Shown: piece by piece, positions 41,801 to 51,332 of the stretch
Numbering within the stretch: position 1 is the first letter of the stretch
How the letters are laid out: each line of letters starts with the position of its first letter
Assembly: GCA_946965045.2 (NCBI GenBank)
Contig: OX337232.1
Coordinates: 3,472,001 to 3,536,000, forward strand
Reading direction: 5' to 3'
From: Epithemia pelagica
Taxonomy: Eukaryota; Protista; Bacillariophyta
Length of the DNA: 64,000 nucleotides
Notes under the pieces: model-generated
The model's database searches: none
Told to the model about the DNA's origin: nothing
Seen by the model: the letters and a program-made list of their open reading frames with translations, nothing else
Program-made: the position numbers and the translations under genes

Positions 41801-44578
41801 GCTCTCATGAATGCCACTGGTTGCCCTGCCAACACCTGGCTTCTTTGCCTTGAGTATGTCTGTGACTTATTGAACCATACGTCATCACCCACCCACTCCG
41901 GTCGCACTCCTCTTGAGGCTCTCTCCGGACGCCCACCCGACATTACTCATCTCTTGTTCTTTCCTTTCTGGGATGAGGTTTACTACCGTGTCGACCCCGC
42001 TGAACCCAATTCCGGTTCATATCCATCTTCTTCTGATGAGAAACTTGGCCACTGGGTTGGTTTTGCTCACAACGTTGGTGATTCTTTTACTTGGAAGATT
42101 CTCACCCAGGATAACCAGATAATCTACCGTTCTGCCGTTCGCCGTGTTGAATCCACTACACCTAACCTACGTGTGGATCGACCTTCAGGGGAGGATTCGT
42201 CTGAGAAGGATGACAATGATAAGCAAGCTGACACTGTCTTCATTCGCAGTGATAGTGAAGATCCATCCAAACCAATGCCCACGACCGATTTTGACGACAT
42301 GATAGGACGCACATTCCTATGCGACACAGAAGAAAATGGGGAGCGACACCGTGCACGTGTCATCAAACGAGTCATTGATCTTAATGAGGAAGCAACGAAA
42401 CAGGAAGAACGTGTCAAGTACATCTACCGAAAGACAAATTCTGATGTTGATGAGATGATATCCTATGATCAACTTATGGAGTATATCAAACGAGATAACC
42501 AAGCTCAAACCTCTGGAGATAATCTTTTCAGGTTCAGGGACGTCATTGCCCATCAAGGCCCACTGAACACAACTGATCCAGATTACAAGGGGAGCAAATA
42601 TAATTTGCTTGTTGATTGGGAAACTGGGGAGACTACCTATGAACCTTTATCACTCATCGCCAATGATGATCCGATCACTGTAGCAATTTATGGAAAGATA
42701 CATGATTTACTCAACGAACCTGGATGGAAGCATTTGAAACGTTATGTCAAAACAAGCAAACGTCTCATTCGAGCAGCCAAACAGTCAAGGATTAAACAAG
42801 TTCACCATTCCGTCAAGTATAAGTTTGGATTCCAAGTACCACGCAATTATGAGGAAGCTGTCGCTCTTGATAAACAACATGGCAACACAAAGTGGCAAGA
42901 TGCAACAGAATTAGAATTGTCACAGATCCAGTCCTACAAGACATTCAAGGATTTTGGGAAAGCCATCTTCATTAAAGGGAAAGTATCCAATGCACCTGAA
43001 GGATATCATAAGATACGTGTACATCTTGTCTTTGACGTAAAACATGATGGACGACATAAAGCAAGACTTGTCGCAGATGGACATCTCACAAAAGAACCTG
43101 TTGAGACAATCTATTCAGGTGTTGTTTCCATTCGCAACCTCCGCATTGCCTTATTCCTGGGTACTTTGAATGACTTGGAAATATGGGGAGCAGATATTGG
43201 AAACGCATATCTGGAAGCCTTGACAGGGGAGAAAATTTTCATTGTCGCAGGACCTGAATTCAAGGAATTAGAAGGTCACATCCTGATTATATACAAGGCA
43301 CTTTATGGATTGAAGTCATCAGGCGCACGCTGGCATGATGTCTTATTCGATGTTTTGACAGACATGGGATTTTCACCAAGCAAAGCAGATCCGGATATCT
43401 GGATGAGGAAGGCACCTGGAGAAGACTGTTACGAATACATTGCCGTATACGTTGATGACTTAGCCATTATTTCTACTGATCCTGGGAATATCTGCAAGAT
43501 CCTGAAGGAGAAATACAACTTCAAACTCAAAGGAGATGGACCTATTGATTTTCACTTGGGATGTTGTTACACCAAGGATTCTGATGGAACATTAGTAGCA
43601 GATCCAAGACGCTACATTGGTAAGATGATGGACACTTTCGAACGAATCTTCAAGGAGAAACCCAAGAAAGCCAAAACACCTCTTATTGGTGGAGACCATC
43701 CTGAATTGGATGATTCTGAGCTCCTTGATGAAGAAGGTACTAACCATTTCCAAACTCTGATTGGACAACTCCAATGGGTGATCACTATTGGTCGTTTCGA
43801 CGTCTTCACCGCTACAATGACGCTATCACGCTTTCGTGCTGCTCCGAGGAAAGGACATCTTGATAGAGCCAAGCGTATCTATGGATACCTTGCACATCTC
43901 CCAGAAGGCGCAATCAGATTTAGGATTGGAGAGCCTGATTATTCAAGTCTTCCTACCCAAGAATTTGATTGGACTCGCACTATCTATTCGAATGCAAGTG
44001 AACGTATTCCTGAAGACTGCCCAACACCTCTTGGCCGCTATGTTACCACAACTCATTATGTTGATGCCAATCTCATGCATGACATAGTCACTGGTAAATC
44101 CGTCACTGCTGTTCTACATTTGTTGAACGGAACACCTATTGACTGGTACAGCAAGAGACAGAGTACGGTGGAAACTGCTACCTATGGATCCGAGTTTGTG
44201 GCTGCAAGGACAGCAATAGATCAGATTACAGAATTACGACATTCCCTCCGCTACCTTGGAGTACCTATCCGAGAGCGAAGTTACATGTACGGAGATAACA
44301 GATCTGTTGTGCTCAATGCAACCGTTCCTCATTCCATACTATCCAAGAGACACCATCTTCTGTCATACCACCGAGTTCGTGAAGCCATCGCAGCAAAGTA
44401 TGTTGCATTCTACTGGAAAGATGGAAAGACCAACCCTGCCGATATCCTTAGCAAACATTGGGATTTCGTATCTATTTGGCCCATGCTCAAGCCATTGTTG
44501 TTTTGGAAAGGAGAAGTTCAAGACCTCAACAAATCCAATGATGACAAGGCTGAAACGACGAGTTGTGGGGAGTGTTAG
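38891..44578 (+). CDS. Copia-2 Gag-Pol polyprotein, 1895 aa, intact
   Basis: Protease LIDRGANGG; integrase ATDSVFSD, ISDGG, QNKAENRYQ; RT VFDVKHDGRHKARLVADG, ADIGNAYL, YVDD; RNase H YVDANL, YGSEFVA, GDN, ADILSK. Confidence 0.96.
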   Translation: MDPQSPKTPTTPKGEDNQDNVSDTDLFDHIIFTVCQFFTKERADYLMKWMKYHGFENITHVISYMQTNTEESMKELTQYKVNKQTHDLQGPTRQQIKLLAYWATYKTNEIQDELSNSDWMNLTRKEFNTWRINTDFSKGPPSQVPVSPMKSPSSVKSVSTVTVASQSQQDLTAFRKGTKRDATAYEVFKDERYYDSFWRVFKTTAKAQGLSNVLNFKYTPPHDDEYAEELFQEQQVFLYSVLVRIIQTDQGRAYVREHEHDEDARAVLQKLHSLHTESDLAKREVLRLTNYISNLRLDDTWRRTTRQFLLHFQEQLRLLDNLVTLSDRIPDHTRMTFLMQAVEKVPDLRRVKILDNVVNTKSGAKSLCYQSYFRLLLDAAYDHDQATQSSVHSRRRHVKQHESLYGQDTDADITSQDDMEYHVHNTKATSESPSSSSKVSLPRDLWFKLSEEDRKLIIEYNKMIQAPSSTTPRTVQTHALDIDPEPDPDPNQVASDDDSPGVVPEHSDDSDPVTQFINQAMTTDINHPATDLTSVLSNAKSKTSKKVTFKANMHKQAGHVPRYLFSRKSTLPGNQLIDRGANGGLAGSDMRILSKTGRHITIVGIDNHELTGLPVVTCAAKFETNDGPIVGIFNEYAYYGKGLSIHAPGQFEHFGLAVDERSVKVHGKQRITTLDGRAIPLHIKDGLAYIHSLGIPSDDDMDTLPQIIFTSPDTWDPGVLDHSFSPTPSDNDPDWKHVKTDGSMSNHPYDNYGEYTDRVVCNLNLLLDLPYDHGPDDAPFFSIYADAEGNDPTLHASVHRRYQEAYDWKKFRPFFGWQSEDVIADTFKHTTRNGSITFDHDTLKKHFKARNPVLNIPRRHEPVATDSVFSDTPAVDHGGKVAQIFVGRDTLVTDIYGIKSTKQFVNTLQDNIRFRGAMETLISDGGSSLISQKVKDILRTLLIGEYRSEPYHQHQNKAENRYQTVKRMTNALMNATGCPANTWLLCLEYVCDLLNHTSSPTHSGRTPLEALSGRPPDITHLLFFPFWDEVYYRVDPAEPNSGSYPSSSDEKLGHWVGFAHNVGDSFTWKILTQDNQIIYRSAVRRVESTTPNLRVDRPSGEDSSEKDDNDKQADTVFIRSDSEDPSKPMPTTDFDDMIGRTFLCDTEENGERHRARVIKRVIDLNEEATKQEERVKYIYRKTNSDVDEMISYDQLMEYIKRDNQAQTSGDNLFRFRDVIAHQGPLNTTDPDYKGSKYNLLVDWETGETTYEPLSLIANDDPITVAIYGKIHDLLNEPGWKHLKRYVKTSKRLIRAAKQSRIKQVHHSVKYKFGFQVPRNYEEAVALDKQHGNTKWQDATELELSQIQSYKTFKDFGKAIFIKGKVSNAPEGYHKIRVHLVFDVKHDGRHKARLVADGHLTKEPVETIYSGVVSIRNLRIALFLGTLNDLEIWGADIGNAYLEALTGEKIFIVAGPEFKELEGHILIIYKALYGLKSSGARWHDVLFDVLTDMGFSPSKADPDIWMRKAPGEDCYEYIAVYVDDLAIISTDPGNICKILKEKYNFKLKGDGPIDFHLGCCYTKDSDGTLVADPRRYIGKMMDTFERIFKEKPKKAKTPLIGGDHPELDDSELLDEEGTNHFQTLIGQLQWVITIGRFDVFTATMTLSRFRAAPRKGHLDRAKRIYGYLAHLPEGAIRFRIGEPDYSSLPTQEFDWTRTIYSNASERIPEDCPTPLGRYVTTTHYVDANLMHDIVTGKSVTAVLHLLNGTPIDWYSKRQSTVETATYGSEFVAARTAIDQITELRHSLRYLGVPIRERSYMYGDNRSVVLNATVPHSILSKRHHLLSYHRVREAIAAKYVAFYWKDGKTNPADILSKHWDFVSIWPMLKPLLFWKGEVQDLNKSNDDKAETTSCGEC

Positions 44579-45355
44579 AATTCTCACCGTCTATGGTGAT
44601 TAGATTCTACATCTCATCGATTCCCCATGTCACATAGCCTCGTGCTATCGCATCATGCCATCTAGCTTCGAGCTATGTTCCCTAGCTTCGCGCTATATCG
44701 ACCTATATTTCTTCGCAAATCATGAAAAGTGAGAATAGATTGACGAACTCACTCTCAAGACTAAACTGGGTCGTGCGGTATTACAACGGACATAAATTTG
44801 GCCGTTGCTCGGACATTATACTAACGCCCTGAGCGTACGCGCCCGAAATCGTCGAGCGCGCCCAAGCGACATCCGAGCGCTATCGGCATCTATCCGATCC
44901 AACGGTCTAAGTATCCCAAGCACGACACACGATCACGCGAGACCATATTTCCATTCCCACAATCTCCAAATTGTCAACAAGCTGCGCGCCATGAAAACAA
45001 CTATGCCAGCCCAAAGCAAGAGCTGTTGACCCTGTATATGTTATCCGCCCACATATACATGTCATATACATCACATGAATCGACTCCAACTATTCCAAAC
45101 CTGTTGCCGCCAAGAACCTATGACACATGACCCTTGGCAGGACCGAACATTTCACGTAGACCTATCGTAGTAATCAACACACAATCTAACAATATCACCA
45201 TTTATCACATCCTCTTTTGTGTCCCGACTATCCTTCTGATAGACTTCGACTTGCTTGCTTCTCTGACCCTGAGAAGCTTGTATCGGTTGGTGACCTACCT
45301 GATTGTCTGCTCTACCGAGCATCAATGTCCCTACGATTCAGAAAGAATTGTAACA
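44573..45355 (+). repeat. Copia-2 3' LTR
   Basis: Direct repeat of 36972-37754. Confidence 0.96.
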
Positions 45356-48195
45356 CTGCGCATCCCATAAAAGTATCCACCGCATGACAATTCAACGGCG
45401 CAAGCGCGAAAGGAGACAAGATCGCGGTGGCCGTTGACGGATTTCGTTGCTTCCATCCATGCGTGGCGGAGGTGTCTTGGTGATATTGCTTTTTGTCTTG
45501 CCTCGTCTGGATCGAGGTTTTTCCAGGCCTTCTTCAATGATTCGACAATGGGATGTAGCCGGTTGCATCCCGGGACGTGGCAGGGGCTTGCCCTGTCGTG
45601 ATACCGAAACTTCGCTGCCAACTCGCCAGTGGCTTTTTCAACAGTGCTCGCCCGAAGGTCTTCCTCATGGTTGCGACTGTAATACCCGTCCCGTAATCTT
45701 TGCAAGAAAGTGCTGACGATGAGGGCTCGGGTACTGAGGGTCTTGATGCTGTCCAAAAAGGGGTCGCCGGTAAGTTTGAACAATCGTAAGTGGATGTTCC
45801 ATCGTCGCCATGTCCTGTCTTGACTCGACTTCTTTAACTTCGTCCTGAGTGTCGAGTCAACAAAACGGGGAAGTTCTCTGCAAATATCTTCTCGTGAGTC
45901 AATTTTATCGCAGAGCTTGTCCATGTGATAAGTAAGGCTTGACCCACTGATATCCTCCAAACAATCAGCCATTTCCAAATTGTCTTCAATGAAACGCTGC
46001 ACAGCGTTATCGATAGAAAACAAAACACGGGAAAGAAAGGAGTGATCGTAAGACTGGCTGTTTCGGTACACGTGACGATGACGAATGTGGTGCTCGATCA
46101 TCTTATGAACTTGAATAGAGATGAAGCATTCCTTCCCCCAAATTGCGGAAGCAAAAAGATAATACGAACGAAGCTGCATCAAGAATTCATCGCAAGTGAG
46201 GGGACAGAACAGCTTTTCATTTGTAAAGATGTCCCGCATGTCCTTCGTCGATAAACCGTTATCGTGTCGCAGAGAACACTCATAGATGTCACGGTGAATA
46301 TCGTGGTCCAGCGCCATATGAGAGTCTGGACCAGCGCAGTTGTAAGCGTCGAAACTGAAAGGAGAGAACCCACTTGGAAGATCTTCGGCACGCCAACGAA
46401 CACCATATTTTTGCAAAATCCCACATTGGCTGAACAAAATGTAACCAGCGTTGTCCGATTTACGAAAGATCTTGGCTTGAATAGACGAATACAAGGTATG
46501 GGTACTCTTCTGCTTGAAAAGATCAGCAGCAGTCTCGGAAGGGGCCGAAGGGAGTTCGAGACTGGAAGGGCCAACTTGACCAAGCACAATACCGTTGCGG
46601 AGGTGACTTGCATTCTTGAATATCTCTTTCTTCTCGTCGTCACGATCCTTCGTCAATTTTGTCGAGTGACGAGCAAGGGCTTCTGAGAAATTCTCCGACA
46701 TTTTCTCAGTCAAATAGATAGTATCAGCTGAGATACCGCCTGCCTGAGAGACTTGGGGAGGAGCAGCCGGAGTAAAAGAAGGAGGAGGGTTCAATGAAGG
46801 AGGGTTCTTGGGGAGGGACGACGAAATAGGAGGCAAGCCATTGGACGGAGCCAACAGACTGAATTGTTCAACAATCGCGTCTGGAAAGAACTTGAACAAA
46901 TGGTTCTTGAAGGCCGAGACCGCTAAACCAAAATCATCAGGAACTTCAAAAGAAATAGGTTCCAAGAGATGACTAACATGAGAAGCGCACCAAAGAAACC
47001 GAAGGATCGGAAACAAACCAACAATCAACTCCGAGTCGGTAGGACAACTCTTGATTTTGGATAACTCATCATCTGAAAGGCTAAGATACCAACGATGGAT
47101 GACAAAGGAGAATAACTCAGCGGCCACGGCTTCAGGTGCAGTCAACGATTTATCCAACTCTTTGCTCTTGGAGTCAAAGAAGTTCAAGAGGACTCCAGCA
47201 AAACTCGGATGGAGCATCGCAAACTTCTTCGTGGAGAATTCTTCAAAAAAGGCTTCATCCTCGGACGAGATGGTCGTGGGTTGGACCAGAGCTTTGAGTT
47301 TAGCAGAGTCAAAGCGAAAGTCGGGAAGAAGATGAGCTGGGCGGGAAGATTCTCCTTGGGGAACGTTGACATCAACAACGCAAAAATCAATGATGTGAGC
47401 ACCCAAAGGAACATCATCGATTTCAAAGGAGGGTAGCAAAATATCAAGTTCTTGAGGATCCAACATGTTCGGGGGACTATCGAAAGGCTTCTTGGTCAAA
47501 CAAAGGAATTTCGATGGAGACTTGCGAAAGAAAGAGTCAACCGAAGTACGAGGGGCTTGGATCACGTTATGGAACAAACGGAGGTTCCCCTTAGGATCGA
47601 ATCCTAAGAAGGCAAGAGGGAGACCGTCCGTACTACCTGAAATGAATTGACGGAAACCATCAGAATCGGAAACCGAGTCAAACAAGGGGATAAACTCGTT
47701 CCAAAAGGCCTTGTGGTCAGCGTCCAGCAACAGGTGAAGGTCGGAAGCAAAAGAATCGGACCAATCAACAGGCTTAATGGAAAGATGCTTGGCTTTCAAG
47801 TCATCGGAGATGGGGATGGAATGAAGAAAAACGTCGGAGCGACGAGAGAACTTGATCCCACCAACACGACCAACAGGAACCGATCCATCCGAAAGATCAA
47901 TGACTTCATCATCCAAAGAGGGGTCAGACGAGGAGCGTTTAGAGACCTTGGGAACCGGAACGGACAGCTTCGTGGAAAGGTTCGAGACCTTCTTGGGGGC
48001 TTCAGGTTTGGGAGGAGGCGGGTTGCTACCACTTGAACCAGAGGAGGAACGACGACGAGAACGAGAAGACTTCTTCTTTTCGGGATCAGCCGGCTTCTTC
48101 TTCTCATCATCAGGAGTCGGATCCTGAGAAACCTTAGCAGCATCAGCTAGCTCTTCATCGAGCTTAGGATCGTAAAAGGTAGAAGACTTCGTCAT
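45356..48195 (-). pseudogene. Gag-like ORF1 fused in frame to the N-terminal half of the YR
   Basis: ATG immediately after repeat A1. The last ~150 aa (TWRRWNIHL...RASTVEKA...RQKAISP...GGYFYGMR) are the YR SAM-like domain and box I. No RT (YxDD) or RNase H motif. Confidence 0.8.
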
Positions 48196-48197
48196 GG

Positions 48198-48449
48198 TTT
48201 TTTGATTCTTAGACTATCTAGTTGCTCGTGACCTTCTCACTCTCGACTTGGATGGCAGTGGCAAGTTCACAAATCTCCAAGTTGTGAGCTTGACTCTCAT
48301 ACAGATCGCAGGGACAATCCAATGTCTGACACGTCAGAGACATTGGGAGTTGCTCGACCGCGGGAGCAGGTTGGAGTCGCATCACATTGTTCTTCGCATC
48401 TGTCTGCAATCCACTGCCACGCCGCGAACAAAGCACGACAGAAACTGAG
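48198..48449. repeat. Split direct repeat A1
   Basis: Near-identical to 35758-36009. Confidence 0.92.
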
Positions 48450-48612
48450 CTCCTCATTTGATAATGTATTGGGCCAGATAAAGAATTCACTCGAACCCAA
48501 AAGAAGAAAAGGTGAGACACGTCATCTGATAATGAATTGGGCCAGGTAATGAACTCACTCGAGCCTCGAGCACAACAAACAAGAAAAGTCCCTCATTTGA
48601 TATCGTATTGGG
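48450..48612. repeat. Degenerate tandem repeat of about 70 bp (2.3 copies); the third copy is cut by Copia-3
   Basis: (C/G)TCAT(T/C)TGATA...ATTGGGCCA at about 48454, 48522 and 48592; the last continues as CCATG at 59160. Confidence 0.7.
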
Positions 48613-49392
48613 AGTTAAAGTAAGGCTAGTTATAGACCTAGAACTACCTTTCGAAGAACAACACCTAGACTCTATGAGAGTACACGTCTACCATGACATA
48701 GCTGTGCCATCTGTCCTGCAAGCTTGTGCGAACACGTGCGTGGACGGCTGACGAAGCTGAGCCATATGTGTGCCCATGTATGTGACATGTCCGAGCCTGC
48801 GGCACAATGTTCCCTCTCTGAATAACCCTGGTGTTTTGTGATACACATTTACATATGCCCACTACTATCTACGACAGGCAAAAGCCGGACGAGCTCCACT
48901 CGGAAGCAAAGTCCAGGCTATGTCTCACCTAAAACATACACGTCTCCAACTTACAACAAGATTCACCAAAGGATCATGGATACTTGGTTCAAGCCAATAG
49001 TTCCGCCTCTATCCCTCACAGTTTGAGTATATGGAACAGGTTCTATGCACTAAGAGAACAGGTTCCATTAGTCCCTAAACGTAGAGCGTCTGTAGCGCCT
49101 TACCTAGAAGTCAAAGATGTTTCTTCACCGGGCCCAACGGTTCGGGAAAAGTAAACTCTTTATGACTGAAAGGAAGTAATGAAAGAGCAATCATGAGAAA
49201 CAAACACTTTCGATAGAATAAGCTCACTTCTTATAAAAACCTGAAAGTTGTAAGCAACCTTTAGGAAGGAGTCAACCATACTAACCTAGTACAAGGTGAG
49301 GGCCCCATCGTGTACCGAGTGAACTGGTTGACTACAGAAGTTCAGAGCACTAACCATCACGTCTTACGTTAGTTTTTCTACATACATCAAGT
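48613..49392 (+). repeat. Copia-3 5' LTR
   Basis: Direct repeat of 58375-59154. Confidence 0.95.
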
Positions 49393-49652
49393 GGTTATTG
49401 AGCCCAAAGAGGCTGACGAACCGTACGCCTCCTCTATCGTATTGCCGACAAGACCGACGGACCGAACCAACCTCTCTTCAGTGTGAATTATTGTATTCAT
49501 CAGGAAGGGAACGACAAATCTCCATTGCTACGTGGTTATCGACCCACTAGCATCCAACCAAGCGCGCCGGAAGCCATCAAGGCTCCAACCAAGGTACCAA
49601 CACGAGCGACGAGGACTCACCAACTTCCAGTGGTGCAGGAAGCTTCGACCTC

Positions 49653-51332
49653 GTGTCCATACCAGGTGACGAAGACACCGTATCCAGTACCGTTGATCTT
49701 CCAACACCTGTAGCCAATCCGACGAACGAAGACGCCCTTGTTGACGAACAAGGACAGAGTATTGCTGCTTCGGAATCGCAGATTGTTGAGTCTCCACCAG
49801 GTCCATCTAACAACGACACCCAACATCAGGGTTTGATTGTTGCATCTCAACGACAAAGAAGGAAGACCACCATGAGTGACGAGACTCCTACTCCTCCACC
49901 CGGTATCGATTACCGCCCCGACCCGCCGAAGATTGGCGGACTGGTCCGAAGCAAGAAGGACGAATGGGTGGCCTGGACTGGAGGAAAACCCACGTACAAG
50001 TGGGATGGGTTAGAGGTAAAGGCGACAGAACCACTGCGAACGATGCAGATACGTACCCTGACAGACAAGAAATACTACGATCGTATCTCCGGGCCTGACG
50101 AAAAGTACAGCAAGAAGACCGGTGATTTTAGCCGTCTCCAGGATGAAATCAAGCAGCACTTGATTAAACACGGCATGGATTTGATCGCATACCTCCCCAA
50201 TCCTCATGATCCCAAAGACATGTTGTTCATTGTAATCGAGCACCCAAAATATACGATGAGCAAGGTGAAGGAATTGATGAAGACGCAGATTGTGAGTTAT
50301 GACAAGTACGACAGAAACAACGACGTCAGTGCCCAGGACTACTTACTGGACTGTTTGGAAAAGTCCTTTAGGCACGAAGTTGAGGACCAGAGTCGGGAAG
50401 TGACGTGCTTCCCCGAGCTCTTCATGGTCCTTGTCACCATCGTGACACATGATTCCCCGCAGCACTGGGAACAAGTGAAGCACGAGATGCGAGCTCTTGT
50501 GCCTCACAAGTACCCTGGCCACGATATTATGGCGTTGACTAAAGATTTTTCGGAAAAAGCGCGACCGTTGATCGCAGCTGGACAGTACGACCACACTCTG
50601 ACTGGGAACCTCCTAGCTAACATCCTCAAGACTGAATGGCCTGACACACCTAAGTTCGACCTACTTACTCTGAACAAGCGTGTCAATGACGGTATTACCC
50701 ATATTCGGTTTCTAGATCGCTCTATCGGAGACAGTCATATGAAGAAAGAGCGTCTTTTGTACACAGATGTTATCGAAGAGGCGAACAAGAAGTACCTAAT
50801 CTGTGTCAAAGAAGGTGAATGGTCACCTAAACGAAGTTCTCCTGATTCTAAATCCGTCCCCTCGTCGTTCACCGCTAACAAGGCTACCGTTTCGAGGAAT
50901 AAGAAGAAACGGAATTCTATTATGACTCAAGCTAGTCTTAATGCACTCATTCAGACACTTCGAAACCCTCCGGGTTCCAATCCGACTCCAAGCAATGGAC
51001 CAAACACCCAGCCTGGCTCCAATCACCGCGACAGGAAGGGAAAGCCGATTCACAAGCGTAACAACACTCGCGTTGATCGATCGCAGGCTCACCCTTGGAA
51101 GAAGATCCCTCCTGCTCCTGGTGCACCTGAGCAGCAGACGATCCAGGGTCAGCGGTGGTTCTGGTGTGGTGTTTGTACCCGTTGGAACACCTCTCACACC
51201 ACGGCAAACCATATTGTTGGGTATAAAAAGTCTCCTGGCGACAAGGACAAAGCAAAACCTCGGAATGCCACCCATGCGAAGAAACTTGAACTCGAAGTAT
51301 CCGCTTGGCAGACCGAATTCGATCTCGACTAA
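49653..51332 (+). CDS. Copia-3 Gag, 559 aa
   Basis: C-terminal WFWCGVCTRWNTSHTTANH CCHH knuckle; ends in TAA in frame with pol. Confidence 0.88.
   Translation: MSIPGDEDTVSSTVDLPTPVANPTNEDALVDEQGQSIAASESQIVESPPGPSNNDTQHQGLIVASQRQRRKTTMSDETPTPPPGIDYRPDPPKIGGLVRSKKDEWVAWTGGKPTYKWDGLEVKATEPLRTMQIRTLTDKKYYDRISGPDEKYSKKTGDFSRLQDEIKQHLIKHGMDLIAYLPNPHDPKDMLFIVIEHPKYTMSKVKELMKTQIVSYDKYDRNNDVSAQDYLLDCLEKSFRHEVEDQSREVTCFPELFMVLVTIVTHDSPQHWEQVKHEMRALVPHKYPGHDIMALTKDFSEKARPLIAAGQYDHTLTGNLLANILKTEWPDTPKFDLLTLNKRVNDGITHIRFLDRSIGDSHMKKERLLYTDVIEEANKKYLICVKEGEWSPKRSSPDSKSVPSSFTANKATVSRNKKKRNSIMTQASLNALIQTLRNPPGSNPTPSNGPNTQPGSNHRDRKGKPIHKRNNTRVDRSQAHPWKKIPPAPGAPEQQTIQGQRWFWCGVCTRWNTSHTTANHIVGYKKSPGDKDKAKPRNATHAKKLELEVSAWQTEFDLD

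Larger units (their letters stand above)
36972..45355 (+). mobile_element. Copia-2: full-length Ty1/Copia, 783-bp LTRs, TSD CTGCG
   Basis: TGTTAG...GTAACA LTRs at 36972-37754 and 44573-45355, with 3 substitutions seen. TSD at 36967-36971 and 45356-45360. PPT-like AGTTGTGGGGAG. Confidence 0.97.
35635..48449 (-). mobile_element. DIRS-order YR element with split direct repeats A1-ORF-B1-A2-B2 (Ngaro/PAT type), lacking RT/RNase H, interrupted by Copia-2
   Basis: A1 48198-48449 = A2 35758-36009. B1 36006-36149 = B2 35635-35741 (B2 has an internal deletion). The YR ORF is split at GMR|SCEY. Confidence 0.88.

Noticed and set aside
42020-42050. Hammerhead core CTGATGAG in Copia-2
   Set aside because: It lies in integrase codons (SDEKL) and has no stem II or flanking helices.
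48450-48612. CRISPR-like repeat-spacer pattern
   Set aside because: Only 2-3 degenerate units, and the intervening parts are themselves similar.
48608-48616. Canonical TG start for the Copia-3 LTR (TGGGAGTT)
   Set aside because: The 3' LTR has GGAGAGTT at that position, and TTGGG is duplicated at the far end as the TSD.
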